A stretch of 64,000 bases of DNA. It comes from Alphaproteobacteria bacterium. Lineage in GTDB: Bacteria > Pseudomonadota > Alphaproteobacteria > MPNO01. A model generated the notes under the pieces. The model did not search any database and was not told the DNA's origin. It saw only the letters and a program-made list of their open reading frames with translations. Both the position numbers and the translations under genes were made by a program. Of this stretch, positions 11,631-21,561 are shown in pieces (the first letter of the stretch is position 1; each line of letters begins with the position of its first letter). The stretch lies in assembly GCA_964291675.2 (NCBI GenBank), contig OZ219866.1, forward strand, positions 3,424,001-3,488,000, written 5' to 3'.

Positions 11631-12386
11631 GTGAGCGGCGCCAACCGCATCGCACCGCTGACCGAGGACCGGCTGCTCGACGGGCGGCTGGTCATCCGCC
11701 AGCCCAGGCGCGGCTTCCGGGTGGCCATCGACAGCGTCATGCTCGCCGCCGCGGTACCGGCCGCCGAGGGCGAGCGGATACTGGAGCCCGGCGCCGGGAT
11801 CGGCGGTGCGGCGCTGATGCTGGCGGCGCGCGTGCCCGGCTGCCGGGTGGTCGGGTTCGACCCCCAGCACGCGCTGGTGAGCGTCGCCGGCGAGAACATC
11901 CGCCTCAACGACATGAGCGACCGGGTGGAGATCATGGTCGGCGACCTGGCGAGCCCGCCGTCGCGCCTCGCGCTCGGCGCCTTCGACCACGTGATGATGA
12001 ACCCGCCCTTCCACCCGGCCGGGGGCGTTCGCGGCCCGGCCGACGCCAGCCGCGCCGCGTCGCATGTCGAGGGCGAGGCCGGGCTCGCGGACTGGATCGC
12101 CTTCGGGGTCAGCATGCTGCGCGGCATGGGCACGCTGACCCTGGTCCATCGCGCCGACCGGCTGGCCGAGGTGCTGGCGGCGTTCGACGGGCGCGCGGGC
12201 GGCGTCGTGGTCTACCCCCTCTGGCCGCGCGGCGACGGCAGCCCGGCCAAGCGTATCCTGGTGCGCGCCCGGCGCGGCACGGCGGCGCCGCTCCGCCTCG
12301 CCCCGGGGCTGGTGCTGCACCGGGCGGATGGCGGTTTCACGCCGGAGGCCGACCTCGTGCTGCGCGGCGCGGGCCTCGATCCCTGA
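11631..12386 (+). CDS. tRNA1(Val) A37 N6-methyltransferase-like (YfiC/TrmN6)
   Basis: ILEPGAGIG SAM motif, MMNPPF. Confidence 0.85.
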   Translation: MSGANRIAPLTEDRLLDGRLVIRQPRRGFRVAIDSVMLAAAVPAAEGERILEPGAGIGGAALMLAARVPGCRVVGFDPQHALVSVAGENIRLNDMSDRVEIMVGDLASPPSRLALGAFDHVMMNPPFHPAGGVRGPADASRAASHVEGEAGLADWIAFGVSMLRGMGTLTLVHRADRLAEVLAAFDGRAGGVVVYPLWPRGDGSPAKRILVRARRGTAAPLRLAPGLVLHRADGGFTPEADLVLRGAGLDP

Positions 12387-12434
12387 CCCGGCGGCCGCTT
12401 GGCGCGCGCCGGGCGGGCCTCTATCTATAGCCCC

Positions 12435-13334
12435 ATGAACGGCGCGGAACCCGTCCCCAGGCCACCGGAGCCGGCGCGCGGCCGCCGGCGGCGGTCGCTC
12501 GCCTTCTGGCGCCGCGGCCGCGACGCGCCGCTGGTCTCGGTGCTCCGGCTCGCCGGCATCGTCGGACGGGCCGGGGCGCTGCGCGGCGGCAGCGTGACGC
12601 TCGCCAGCATGGAACGGGCGATCGACCGCGCCTTCGCCCCCAGGCGTCTGGCCGCGGTGGCGCTTGCCGTCAACTCGCCCGGCGGCTCGCCGGTGCAGAG
12701 CGCCCTGATCGCGCGGCGGATCCGCGCCCGGGCCGACGAGCGCGGCGTCCCGGTGCTGGCCTTCGCCGAGGACGTCGCGGCGTCGGGCGGCTACTGGCTC
12801 GCCTGCGCCGGGGACGAGATCTACGCCGACGAGAACTCCATCGTCGGCTCGATCGGGGTGATCGCGGCCGGGTTCGGCTTCGTCGAGGCGATCGCCCGCC
12901 ACGGCGTCGAGCGCCGGGTGCACACGGCGGGCGCGCGCAAGGGCATGCTCGACCCGTTCCGGCCCGAGGACCCGGGCGAGGTCGAACGGCTGCTGGCGGT
13001 GCAGCGCGACATGCACCAGAGCTTCATCGCCCATGTCCGCCAGCGCCGCGGCCGCCGCCTCAAGGGCGCGGACGAGGAGCTGTTCTCCGGCGAGTTCTGG
13101 AGCGGTCGCCAGGCGATCGCGCTCGGCCTGGTCGACGGGCTCGGCGATCTGCGCGGGGTGCTGCGCGACCGCTTCGGCGAGCGGGTGCGGATCCGCCCGG
13201 TGGCGATGCGCCGCGGGCTGCGCCGCCGCCTCGGAATCGGGCCGGCCGGCGGCGGGATCGACGCCGGCGCGCTCGGCGCCGAGCTTCTCGCGGCGCTCGA
13301 CGAATGGGCGATGTGGAAGCGCTACGGGCTCTGA
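12435..13334 (+). CDS. S49 family peptidase (SppA/SohB-like)
   Basis: VNSPGGSPVQS, AASGGYWLA, VGSIGV. Confidence 0.92.
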   Translation: MNGAEPVPRPPEPARGRRRRSLAFWRRGRDAPLVSVLRLAGIVGRAGALRGGSVTLASMERAIDRAFAPRRLAAVALAVNSPGGSPVQSALIARRIRARADERGVPVLAFAEDVAASGGYWLACAGDEIYADENSIVGSIGVIAAGFGFVEAIARHGVERRVHTAGARKGMLDPFRPEDPGEVERLLAVQRDMHQSFIAHVRQRRGRRLKGADEELFSGEFWSGRQAIALGLVDGLGDLRGVLRDRFGERVRIRPVAMRRGLRRRLGIGPAGGGIDAGALGAELLAALDEWAMWKRYGL

Positions 13335-13386
13335 TCCGGCAAGGCCGCGGCTTGACTGTCCGCGGCGCCGGGCGCCAAATGGCGCC

Positions 13387-13620
13387 ATGTTCGGGTTCAG
13401 CCTGTCCAAGCTGGTCGTCCTCGCCGCGCTGATCGCCGCCGTGTGGTACGGCCTGCGCTGGGTCCAGCGCCGGCAGCAGATGCAGGGCGGCGCGGAACGC
13501 GACCGGGTCGAGGGCGACCAGGCGCCGTCGTCGCAGGACCTGGTCGCCTGCACCCGGTGCGGCGTGTTCGTCTCGGCCGACGCGAAGCCGTCCTGCGACC
13601 GCGCCGACTGCCCGCTTTGA
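13387..13620 (+). CDS. Small membrane-anchored protein with C-terminal Cys motif (PP0621-like)
   Basis: MFGFSLSKLVVLAALIAAVWYG TM segment; CTRCG...C...CP. Confidence 0.7.
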   Translation: MFGFSLSKLVVLAALIAAVWYGLRWVQRRQQMQGGAERDRVEGDQAPSSQDLVACTRCGVFVSADAKPSCDRADCPL

Positions 13621-13806
13621 ACGCGTGGCAGGCCGGCGATTCCGCCTGTTGTAAATCTGCAACAGTAGCGGAGCATTAGCGCGGCGGATTCGCCGCCCCG
13701 GTTGCGGCGGCGCGGGATTTCCCCTATCAAACAAACGCTCGGGCACCAGCCCGTGTCCGGGCCTTGCCGCGCGGTTGCGGCGAAGCATTAACTCCATGGA
13801 GGGGCT

Positions 13807-14907
13807 ATGAAGAAGCAACTATTGGCCGGTACGGCTATTGTCGCCGCGAGCGTACTCATCGCGGGCGGCACGGTCGCGGCCGACAAGAAGATGATGAAGC
13901 CGTCCATTTCGGTGAACGGCTATTACGAGGGCGTCGTCGGCGGCATTCTCGACGAAGATATGAGCACGGATACGTCTGCGCTCGACACCCGGACCGACGC
14001 GGAGATTCATTTCAACGGCCGCGGCTCGCTCGACAACGGCATGAAGATCCATGCCCGCGTGGAACTCGAAGGCCAGAACAACCACAGCGCTGCCAATGCT
14101 GGCGGCGACCCGATCGACGAGTACTTCGTCAAGGTCTCGGGGTCCTTCGGCAGCATCACGCTCGGCGGCACCGGCGGTGCGCCGGTCAAGATGCTGACCG
14201 GGATAAGCGGTTCCTGGGCGACCGGCGTCGGCGAGAACCTCAGCTTCGACGACGCCTGGGTTCCCAGCGTGCGAGGCGGCGGGGGACATGGCTTCTACAC
14301 CATGAGCCACTCCCGGCTGGACACCGGAGACGCGGAGAAGGTCACGTACATCTCTCCGAAGTTCGGCGGCTTCCAGGTCGGCGTGACGTATTCGCCGAAC
14401 ATGGTGAACAACGACGACAACTCGCGGATCGACACCACCGAGCAGCGCCATGACGGCGTCGAGGGGGCGGTCAGCTACGGTGGCAAGTTCGGCGATGTCG
14501 GCTTCGCCGTCGGCGCCGGCATGACGATGTATCAGGGCGGCACCGAAGGCGGCCCGGACGAATCGAGCGACTGGCTCGTCGCTGCCCGGCTCGATTTCGG
14601 CGGCGGGTTCCGCGTGTCGGCCGCCCACAAGCGGGTGACCAACGACAACGACGCCGAGCAGGGTCAATTGACCGATGTCGGCGTGCGCTACATAGCGGGC
14701 GCGAACAAGTTCAGCCTCACCGGCATGCACGGCGAGATGGACACGGGTAGCGCCAGCCACACGAAGGTCATGGGCAGCTACGCCCGTGCGCTCGGCCCCG
14801 GCACGACGGTTCACGTGAACCTGCTGTGGAACGAGTCCGAGAACGGCGCCGGAGACATGCAGAACAGCGGCCTCGCCGGTATCGTCGGCGTCAAGGTGGG
14901 CTTCTAG
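13807..14907 (+). CDS. Outer-membrane porin (alphaproteobacterial Porin_4 type)
   Basis: Signal peptide, LDNGMKI..RVELEG, KVTYISPKFGGFQVG, terminal Phe. Confidence 0.9.
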   Translation: MKKQLLAGTAIVAASVLIAGGTVAADKKMMKPSISVNGYYEGVVGGILDEDMSTDTSALDTRTDAEIHFNGRGSLDNGMKIHARVELEGQNNHSAANAGGDPIDEYFVKVSGSFGSITLGGTGGAPVKMLTGISGSWATGVGENLSFDDAWVPSVRGGGGHGFYTMSHSRLDTGDAEKVTYISPKFGGFQVGVTYSPNMVNNDDNSRIDTTEQRHDGVEGAVSYGGKFGDVGFAVGAGMTMYQGGTEGGPDESSDWLVAARLDFGGGFRVSAAHKRVTNDNDAEQGQLTDVGVRYIAGANKFSLTGMHGEMDTGSASHTKVMGSYARALGPGTTVHVNLLWNESENGAGDMQNSGLAGIVGVKVGF

Positions 14908-14957
14908 CGTCCGACGGCTTTTCGGGACCGGCCCTGCCGGCCCCGGAGACACTTTTC

Positions 14958-14986
14958 AAGGGCGGCGCGAGCCGCCCTTTTCTTTT
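14958..14986 (+). terminator. Rho-independent terminator
   Basis: aagggcggc-gcga-gccgccctt followed by ttctttt. Confidence 0.85.
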
Positions 14987-14995
14987 GCCCGCCCG

Positions 14996-15439
14996 TCACC
15001 GCGCGCCGGCCACCATCTCCGCCGCGCTCTCTACGATCCGTCTCGTCTCGTGCCACATCGGGATGGCGGCGAGCGCGTCGCGGGCGACCCAGCGGACCGC
15101 CGCCGCGTCGCTCGCCGCGCGGGCCTCGCCGGAGAGCCAGCGGGCGGCGAAGTCGACCAGGGTGTAGTGGTATCGCGCCCGCCCGTCGGCGTCGCGGGTG
15201 ATGCCGTCGACCACGTCGACCAGGCCGACGATCTCGACCGCGAGCCCGGTCTCCTCCGCCACCTCGCGCAGCGCCGCCTCGCGCACCGTCTCGCCGATCT
15301 CCTGCGCGCCGCCCGGGATGCTCCAGCGGTCCGACACCGGCGGCTTGGCGCGCTTGATCAGCAGCACGTCGGTGCCGCGGAAGACCGCCACGCCGACGCC
15401 CACGATCGGCCGGTCGGGGTAGAGCCGGTCGCCGGTCAT
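14996..15439 (-). CDS. NUDIX hydrolase
   Basis: GGAQEIGETVREAALREVAEETGL Nudix box. Confidence 0.92.
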   Translation of the reverse strand: MTGDRLYPDRPIVGVGVAVFRGTDVLLIKRAKPPVSDRWSIPGGAQEIGETVREAALREVAEETGLAVEIVGLVDVVDGITRDADGRARYHYTLVDFAARWLSGEARAASDAAAVRWVARDALAAIPMWHETRRIVESAAEMVAGAR

Positions 15440-15460
15440 CCCGCCGCGCCGCCCCGCATG

Positions 15461-16060
15461 TCAGCCCGCCAGATGCTTGGACGGGTCCCAGCCGCTCGGC
15501 GCGAGGTGCCGCTCGCCGAACGCCACCGGGCGCTCCTCCAGCGGGGTCGCCATGGTGTCGTTCCAGCGGTTGAGCCAGCCGAACAGGCAGACGACGCCGA
15601 CCAGCTCGACGATCTGGTCCTCGTCGAAATGGGCTTTGAGCGCCTCCATGTCCCGGTCGGTGACCGCGTTGGGGACCGCGCCCGCCGACTGCGCCATGCG
15701 CAGCGCCGCGCGCTCGGCCTCGGTGAATAGCGGGCTGGTCTCGTAGTCGAAGATCGCCTCGATCTTCTCCGCCGCCACGCCGTCGACCTCGACCGCGGCG
15801 CTCGCCGTGTGGGCCGAGCAGTACTGGCAGCCGGCCGAGCGGCTCGCCATGTAGGCCAGCATGCGCTTGAGCCCGAGCGGCGCCTTGCCGGGAACGCCGA
15901 TCACCTCGCGCGACAGGCGGGAGAAGGCGCGCAGCATCCCGGGCGCGCGCGCCATGACGAAGAAGCTGTTGGGCACGAAGCCGAGCGCCCGCTCGGCGCG
16001 CTCGAACACGTCCTCGAGCTCGGGCGCGTCGGCGCGCTCGCGCGGCGTGATCCTGGGCAT
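15461..16060 (-). CDS. Carboxymuconolactone decarboxylase/AhpD-like protein
   Basis: GFVPNS, GCQYCSAH, LKAHFDEDQIVEL. Confidence 0.85.
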   Translation of the reverse strand: MPRITPRERADAPELEDVFERAERALGFVPNSFFVMARAPGMLRAFSRLSREVIGVPGKAPLGLKRMLAYMASRSAGCQYCSAHTASAAVEVDGVAAEKIEAIFDYETSPLFTEAERAALRMAQSAGAVPNAVTDRDMEALKAHFDEDQIVELVGVVCLFGWLNRWNDTMATPLEERPVAFGERHLAPSGWDPSKHLAG

Positions 16061-16150
16061 GGCGGCACCTCCCGGTTTCGGCGCGGGAATATAGCCGTCG
16101 CTACGATGGACGGATAGGCTGGGGCGGCTGACGAGAAGGGGAGGGAAGCG

Positions 16151-16522
16151 ATGGTGCGCGCGGAGCTTGTGGGGACCTGGCGGCTCGCCGATTACCGGCT
16201 GACGGCGGCGGACGGGACGGTGTCGCAGCCGTGGAGCGGGGCGAAGGGCTACATCTTCTATGCCGCCGACGGCCACATGTCGTGCTCGGTCGAGCGGCCG
16301 GACGGCGCCGGCGGCGTCGACCATTTGACCTATTGCGGCCGGCTGGAATGCCGCGACGGGGAGAACCTGCACACCATCGAGCTGAGCTCGCGGCCCGATC
16401 TCCGCGGCACGGTGCAGCGCCGCAGGGTCGAGCTCGACGGCGACACCATGACGCTCACCGCCGAGCCCAGCATCGCCTACGGGCCGGGCTCGAAGGCGGA
16501 CATCGTCTGGCAACGGGCGTAG
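16151..16522 (+). CDS. Lipocalin-like domain protein
   Basis: LVGTWRL, GYIFYAADGHMS, GTVQRR. Confidence 0.75.
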   Translation: MVRAELVGTWRLADYRLTAADGTVSQPWSGAKGYIFYAADGHMSCSVERPDGAGGVDHLTYCGRLECRDGENLHTIELSSRPDLRGTVQRRRVELDGDTMTLTAEPSIAYGPGSKADIVWQRA

Positions 16523-16632
16523 GGGCGGACCGGGCCCGACGAATAAGCGCCGCCGGGCGGCTTGCAACGGCATGTCTGTGCTGGCAGTTTACCGCCTCTT
16601 CGGCCATTTCCATGAACATGCGGGAGGATCAC

Positions 16633-17952
16633 ATGAGCCATGGACAGGGGAGAACCGCGGTCTTGCTTGCGACCGTCGCGGGCGCGGCACTGATTGCCGG
16701 CGCGGCGACCGCGCAGACCGTCAAGATGGGGGTCCCGACGTTTCTCACCGGCGCCGGGGCTCCAGCCTTCGGCATCCCGGCGAAGCAGGGCGTCGAGCTG
16801 CTGGTCAATGCGATCAACAACGGCGAGATTCCGGCGCCCTATAACAGCGTCGGCCTGGCCGGGCGCAAGATCGAGGCGCTGATCTACGACGAGGCCGGCG
16901 GCGGCACCAAGCAGGTCACCGAGCTGCGCAACAAGGTGCAGAAGGACGGCGTCGACCTGGTGGTCGGCTACATCTCCTCAGGGACCTGCGCCGCGGTGGC
17001 GCGCGTCGCCGAGGAGGTCAAGGTTCTCACCCTGATGACGGTCTGCGGCACCCCGCGGGTCTTCGAAGAGCTGGTGAAGAAGCCCAAATACCTGTTCCGC
17101 ACGATGAGCCACGGCACCGGCAACAACACGGGCGCGGCGCGCTACATCTCCAGCAAGTATCCGGAGCTGCTCGAGAACGGCTTTATCGGGCTGAACCAGA
17201 ACTACGCCTGGGGGCAGGACTCCTGGCGCGACTTCAGCCTGGCGATGAAGGTCGTGGCGCCCGGCGCCAAGGCCGCCAAGAAGCAGCAATTCCCCAAGCT
17301 GTTCTCCGGCCAGTACGGCTCCGAGATCTCGGCGCTGCTCAGGGCCAAGCAGAAGGTCGTGCATTCGAGCTTCTGGGGCGGCGACCTCGAAGCGTTCATC
17401 GCCCAGGCCAACGCGCGCGGGCTGTTCAAGCGCAAGACCTTCATCCTGACGGTCGGCGAGACCGTCGCCTACCGTTTGGGACGGAAATTCCCGGAAGGCC
17501 AGATCGTCGGCACCCGGGGGCCGTACGGGATGTACGCGGTCAACATCGACACCCCGATCAACAAGTGGTTCCAGAAGAAGTACCGCGAGACCTATGGCGA
17601 GCCGCCGGCGCAGCCGACCTACCAGTACGGGCAGGGGATCCTCGCCGCCAAGTTCGCCTATGACAAGGCGATGAAGGACAATGGCGGCAAGTTCCCGACC
17701 ACCGACCAGGTGATCGCGGCGCTCGAGGGCGCGACCTTCACGTCGCTCGCCGGCACGGTGCAGATGGCGCTCAGCAACGGCCACCAGGCGATCACCGAGG
17801 ACCGCTGGGGCGTCACCGTGTGGGACGAGAAGAAGAACGAGATGGTGGTCAAGGACGTCGTCGTGTTCGAGCCGGAATGCGTCAATCCGCCCGACGGCGT
17901 CGAGTCCGTGCCCTGGCTCGAAGGCGGGATGAAGGGCGCCAAGTGCGGCTGA
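16633..17952 (+). CDS. Liv-type (HAAT) ABC substrate-binding protein 1
   Basis: RBS ggagg, signal peptide, VVGYISSG, NQNYAWGQD, SSFWGGD. Confidence 0.9.
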   Translation: MSHGQGRTAVLLATVAGAALIAGAATAQTVKMGVPTFLTGAGAPAFGIPAKQGVELLVNAINNGEIPAPYNSVGLAGRKIEALIYDEAGGGTKQVTELRNKVQKDGVDLVVGYISSGTCAAVARVAEEVKVLTLMTVCGTPRVFEELVKKPKYLFRTMSHGTGNNTGAARYISSKYPELLENGFIGLNQNYAWGQDSWRDFSLAMKVVAPGAKAAKKQQFPKLFSGQYGSEISALLRAKQKVVHSSFWGGDLEAFIAQANARGLFKRKTFILTVGETVAYRLGRKFPEGQIVGTRGPYGMYAVNIDTPINKWFQKKYRETYGEPPAQPTYQYGQGILAAKFAYDKAMKDNGGKFPTTDQVIAALEGATFTSLAGTVQMALSNGHQAITEDRWGVTVWDEKKNEMVVKDVVVFEPECVNPPDGVESVPWLEGGMKGAKCG

Positions 17953-18074
17953 GCACGCCCTAGCTCCAGAAGGGTTGCGAACGGTCCGGGCGCTGTCGAA
18001 CGGCGCCCGGATCTCCGCTCGCCCGCCCGCAAACGACTCGCCGGAACCGCCTTCCGGCTAACGGGATCGGACCG

Positions 18075-18977
18075 TTGGACACCGAGCTCCTACTCATCAT
18101 CCTGATCGACGGGTTGGTGTACGCCTCCTACCTGTTCATGGTCTCCGTCGGGCTGACGGTGATCTGCGGCGTGCAGAAAATCCTCAACGTCACCCACGGG
18201 TCGCTGTATGCGTTCGGTGCCTATCTGTGCGCCACGATCCTGATCGTCTATGCCGAGACGGGCTGGCCCGGCGCCGGCGCGTTCGTGATCATGGCGCTGA
18301 CCGCGATCTTCCTCGGCATCGTGTTCGGCATCATCATCGAGCGCGGGCTGCTCCAGTTCCTCTACGCCGAGGACGAGCACATCGTCGTGCTCGCCACCTT
18401 CGCCGCGTTCCTGATCCTGGAGGACGTGCTGCTGCTGATCTGGGGCACCAACCCCTATATCGCGGCGGAGCCGCTGGCGCTGCTCGGCCAGACCGACATC
18501 GCGGAGCTGCCCTTCGACAACTACAATCTGTCGATGATCCTGCTCTCCGCGCTGGTCGCGGCGGTGCTGTGGTACGGGCTGAGACGGACCACCTTCGGCA
18601 AGATGCTGCTGGCGGTGATCTACGACCGCGAGCTGTCGCAGTCGATGGGGATCAACGTCACCCGGATCTTCCTGCTGACCTTCATCGTGGGCTCGTTCCT
18701 CGGCGCGCTCGGCGGCGCCTACCAGGCGCCGGCGATCTCGGTGCAGCCGGGAATCGGCGTGGAGGTCATCGTGCTCGCCTTCGCCGTCGTCGTCATCGGC
18801 GGCATGGGGTCGATACCGGGCGCGCTGATCGGCTCGCTGGTGGTCGGCGTCGCCCGCGCCGCGGCGGTGCATCTCGAGCCGGTGCTCGAGCTGTTCGTCA
18901 TCTACATGATCATGGCGATCGTCCTGATCGTCAGGCCCCAGGGTCTGTTCGCCCCCGCCAAGCCGAGGAAGATATGA
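18075..18977 (+). CDS. Liv-type permease (LivH-like)
   Basis: LNVTHGSLY, FAVVVIGGMGS, RPQGLF. Confidence 0.9.
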   Translation: MDTELLLIILIDGLVYASYLFMVSVGLTVICGVQKILNVTHGSLYAFGAYLCATILIVYAETGWPGAGAFVIMALTAIFLGIVFGIIIERGLLQFLYAEDEHIVVLATFAAFLILEDVLLLIWGTNPYIAAEPLALLGQTDIAELPFDNYNLSMILLSALVAAVLWYGLRRTTFGKMLLAVIYDRELSQSMGINVTRIFLLTFIVGSFLGALGGAYQAPAISVQPGIGVEVIVLAFAVVVIGGMGSIPGALIGSLVVGVARAAAVHLEPVLELFVIYMIMAIVLIVRPQGLFAPAKPRKI

Positions 18978-19960
18978 CCAGGTTCATGGATCGGACGGGC
19001 TGGGCGCTGACCATCGGTCTGGTCGTCCTGATCGTCGTCAACTTCTTCATCCCCGAGTGGTTCCGCGCGATCCTGCTGCTCTCGCTGGCGCGCGGCTCGG
19101 TGGCGCTCGGGCTGCTGGTGCTGTGGCGCTGCGGGCTGATCTCCTTCGGCCACGCCCTGTTCTACGGCTTCGGCGCCTATACCGTGGCCCTGATCGTCAA
19201 GTATCTCGGCATCACCGACGCCCTCTTCACGGTTGCCTGCGGCGTCGTCGTCGCCGGCGGGTTCGCCTGGGCCCTCGGCTTCCTGCTGAGGCGCTACCGG
19301 GGCATCTTCTTCGCGCTGCTGAACCTCGCCTTCTCGATGATCCTCTACGGCGTGCTGGCGAAGCTGGAGAGCCTGGGCTCGACCGACGGCATCAGCCTCG
19401 AACGGACGACCTATCTCTGGTACGCGCCGGAGGGTGCGGCGAACAAGTTCACGCTGTTCATCTTCGCCGCCGTGCTGACCTGGGGCGTCGCGATGGCGGT
19501 GCACCACTATTTGCGTTCGACGCTGGGCTACATGACGACGGCGGTGCGCGAGAACGAGATCCGCCTCGAATTCCTCGGCTACTCGGCCGAGCGGGCGATC
19601 CACGTCAAGTACACCATCTCCGGCCTGGTCGGCGGGTTCGGCGGCGCCATCGCCGCCATGACCATCGGCCATGTCGATCCCGACTCGATGACCTACTGGC
19701 CGATCTCCGGCGATTTCGTGTTCATCGCGATCCTGAGCGGCACCGGCAATGTCGGCGCGCCGTTCATCGGCGCGCTGCTCTACGAGCTGATCCGCACCTA
19801 CGCGTTCGAGCAGTTCCCCGGGATCTGGCAGCTCATCATGGGCGGGACGCTGCTGCTGATCATCATGTTCCTGCCCAACGGGCTGTGGTCGCTGGTCGAC
19901 CGCTGGAACAAGCGGCGGGTCGAGCGGGGCCGGCTCGAAGCGGAACGGGAAAAGGCGTAA
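18974..19960 (+). CDS. Liv-type permease (LivM-like)
   Basis: ISFGHALFYG, AVRENE, PNGL. Confidence 0.88.
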   Translation: MTRFMDRTGWALTIGLVVLIVVNFFIPEWFRAILLLSLARGSVALGLLVLWRCGLISFGHALFYGFGAYTVALIVKYLGITDALFTVACGVVVAGGFAWALGFLLRRYRGIFFALLNLAFSMILYGVLAKLESLGSTDGISLERTTYLWYAPEGAANKFTLFIFAAVLTWGVAMAVHHYLRSTLGYMTTAVRENEIRLEFLGYSAERAIHVKYTISGLVGGFGGAIAAMTIGHVDPDSMTYWPISGDFVFIAILSGTGNVGAPFIGALLYELIRTYAFEQFPGIWQLIMGGTLLLIIMFLPNGLWSLVDRWNKRRVERGRLEAEREKA

Positions 19961-19964
19961 GCCG

Positions 19965-20771
19965 ATGTCTGTCGTACTCAACGTCCAGGGGCTGGAGAAG
20001 AGCTTCGGCGCGGTCGTCGCGGCGCACAACATCAACGTCGTCATCGAGCAGGGCGAGACCGTCGGCGTGATCGGCGCCAACGGCGCCGGCAAGACGACCT
20101 TCGTCAACATGGTGACCGGCTATCTGGAGCCGACCGAGGGCAGGATCGAGTTCATGGGCCGCGACATCCGCGGCCGCTCGGTGCGCCAGATCACCCGGCT
20201 CGGGCTGTGCCGCTCGTTCCAGGTGCCGCAGGTGTTCCTGTCGGAGAGCGTGTTCGACAATCTGATGATCTCCTTCGGCATCGCCGAGCGCGACGGGCTC
20301 GGCCTGCTGGGCGCGCTGATGCGGGGCGACCGGGGCGACCGGGTGGACCAGCATCTGGTGCGCTACCAGATCGCCGATTACCGCAATGTCGCGGCCTCGG
20401 CCCTGCCGCAGGGCGTGCGCAAGCTGCTCGACATCGCGATGGCGACGGTGCGCAAGCCCAAGCTGCTGATGCTCGACGAGCCGACCAGCGGGATCAGCGT
20501 CGAGGAGAAGTTCGGCATCATGGACATATTGATGCAGGCGCTGAAGGAGGAGGAGACCACGGTGCTCTTCATCGAGCACGACATGGAGATCGTCGAGCGC
20601 TATGTCTCCCGCGTGCTCGCCTTCTCGCAGGGCGAGATCATCTGCGACGCGCCGACCGAGCAGGCGATGGTCGATCCCCTGGTGCAGGAATTCGTGATCG
20701 GCAAGGAATACCACCGCGCGGGCGCCGGCAACGGCGACGCGGCCGGGGAGGGGGAGGCGGGCCGATGCTGA
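19965..20771 (+). CDS. Liv-type ATPase (LivG-like)
   Basis: GANGAGKTT, RSFQ, LDEPTSG, IEHDM. Confidence 0.9.
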   Translation: MSVVLNVQGLEKSFGAVVAAHNINVVIEQGETVGVIGANGAGKTTFVNMVTGYLEPTEGRIEFMGRDIRGRSVRQITRLGLCRSFQVPQVFLSESVFDNLMISFGIAERDGLGLLGALMRGDRGDRVDQHLVRYQIADYRNVAASALPQGVRKLLDIAMATVRKPKLLMLDEPTSGISVEEKFGIMDILMQALKEEETTVLFIEHDMEIVERYVSRVLAFSQGEIICDAPTEQAMVDPLVQEFVIGKEYHRAGAGNGDAAGEGEAGRC

Positions 20772-21409
20772 CCGTCACCGATATCGATGTCAGCATCGGC
20801 GCCACCGAGATCCTGCGCGGCGTGAGCTTCGAAGTGCCGTCGGGTGCGATGTGCGGGCTGATCGGCCGCAACGGCGCCGGCAAGACGACGGTGATGCGCG
20901 CGATCATGGGCGCGCTCAAGCTGCGGAAGGGGGCGATCCAGTTCGAGCATCTCGATCTCGGCGCCTCGCACGCCCATCGCCGCGCCCATCTCGGGATCGG
21001 CTTCATGCCGGAGGACCGCCGCCTGGTGCCCGAGCTGACGGCGGAAGAGAACATCATGCTGCCGGTGTGGTCGACCCGGTCCGAGGGCGCCGCCGAGCGC
21101 CTGCAATGGATCTACGGGCTGATGCCGGAGGTCGAGGAGTTCCGCAACCGCGGCGCGACGACGCTGTCCGGCGGGCAGCAGAAGTTCGTTGCCTTCGCCC
21201 GCGCCATCATGTGCGGCACCAAGCTGCTGCTGCTCGACGAGCCGAGCGAGGGCATCGCGCCGGTCTTCGCCCAGCGCATGGTCGAGATCCTGGGCAACCT
21301 GAAGGCGGAGGGCGAGTCGGTGCTGGTCGCCGAGTCGAACGACGTCCACATCGCGCCCCTGCTCGACGACATCTACGTCATCGAACGCGGCAGCATCGTG
21401 CCGCACTGA
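20765..21409 (+). CDS. Liv-type ATPase (LivF-like)
   Basis: GRNGAGKTT, PEDRR, LSGGQQK. Confidence 0.9.
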   Translation: MLTVTDIDVSIGATEILRGVSFEVPSGAMCGLIGRNGAGKTTVMRAIMGALKLRKGAIQFEHLDLGASHAHRRAHLGIGFMPEDRRLVPELTAEENIMLPVWSTRSEGAAERLQWIYGLMPEVEEFRNRGATTLSGGQQKFVAFARAIMCGTKLLLLDEPSEGIAPVFAQRMVEILGNLKAEGESVLVAESNDVHIAPLLDDIYVIERGSIVPH

Positions 21410-21561
21410 GCGGCGGCGCCCGGCGGGCGCTTCCTGTCCCGATTCGTTTGTGCTACCGTTCTGCCGGTTTGGGAAGAACCGTCCGCGAGCGGCCGCGAAG
21501 AACGGTAGGCTACGACGGTAAGCGACGGCCTCGCGGAGCCCTACGGAAAGGGAGGCGCGTC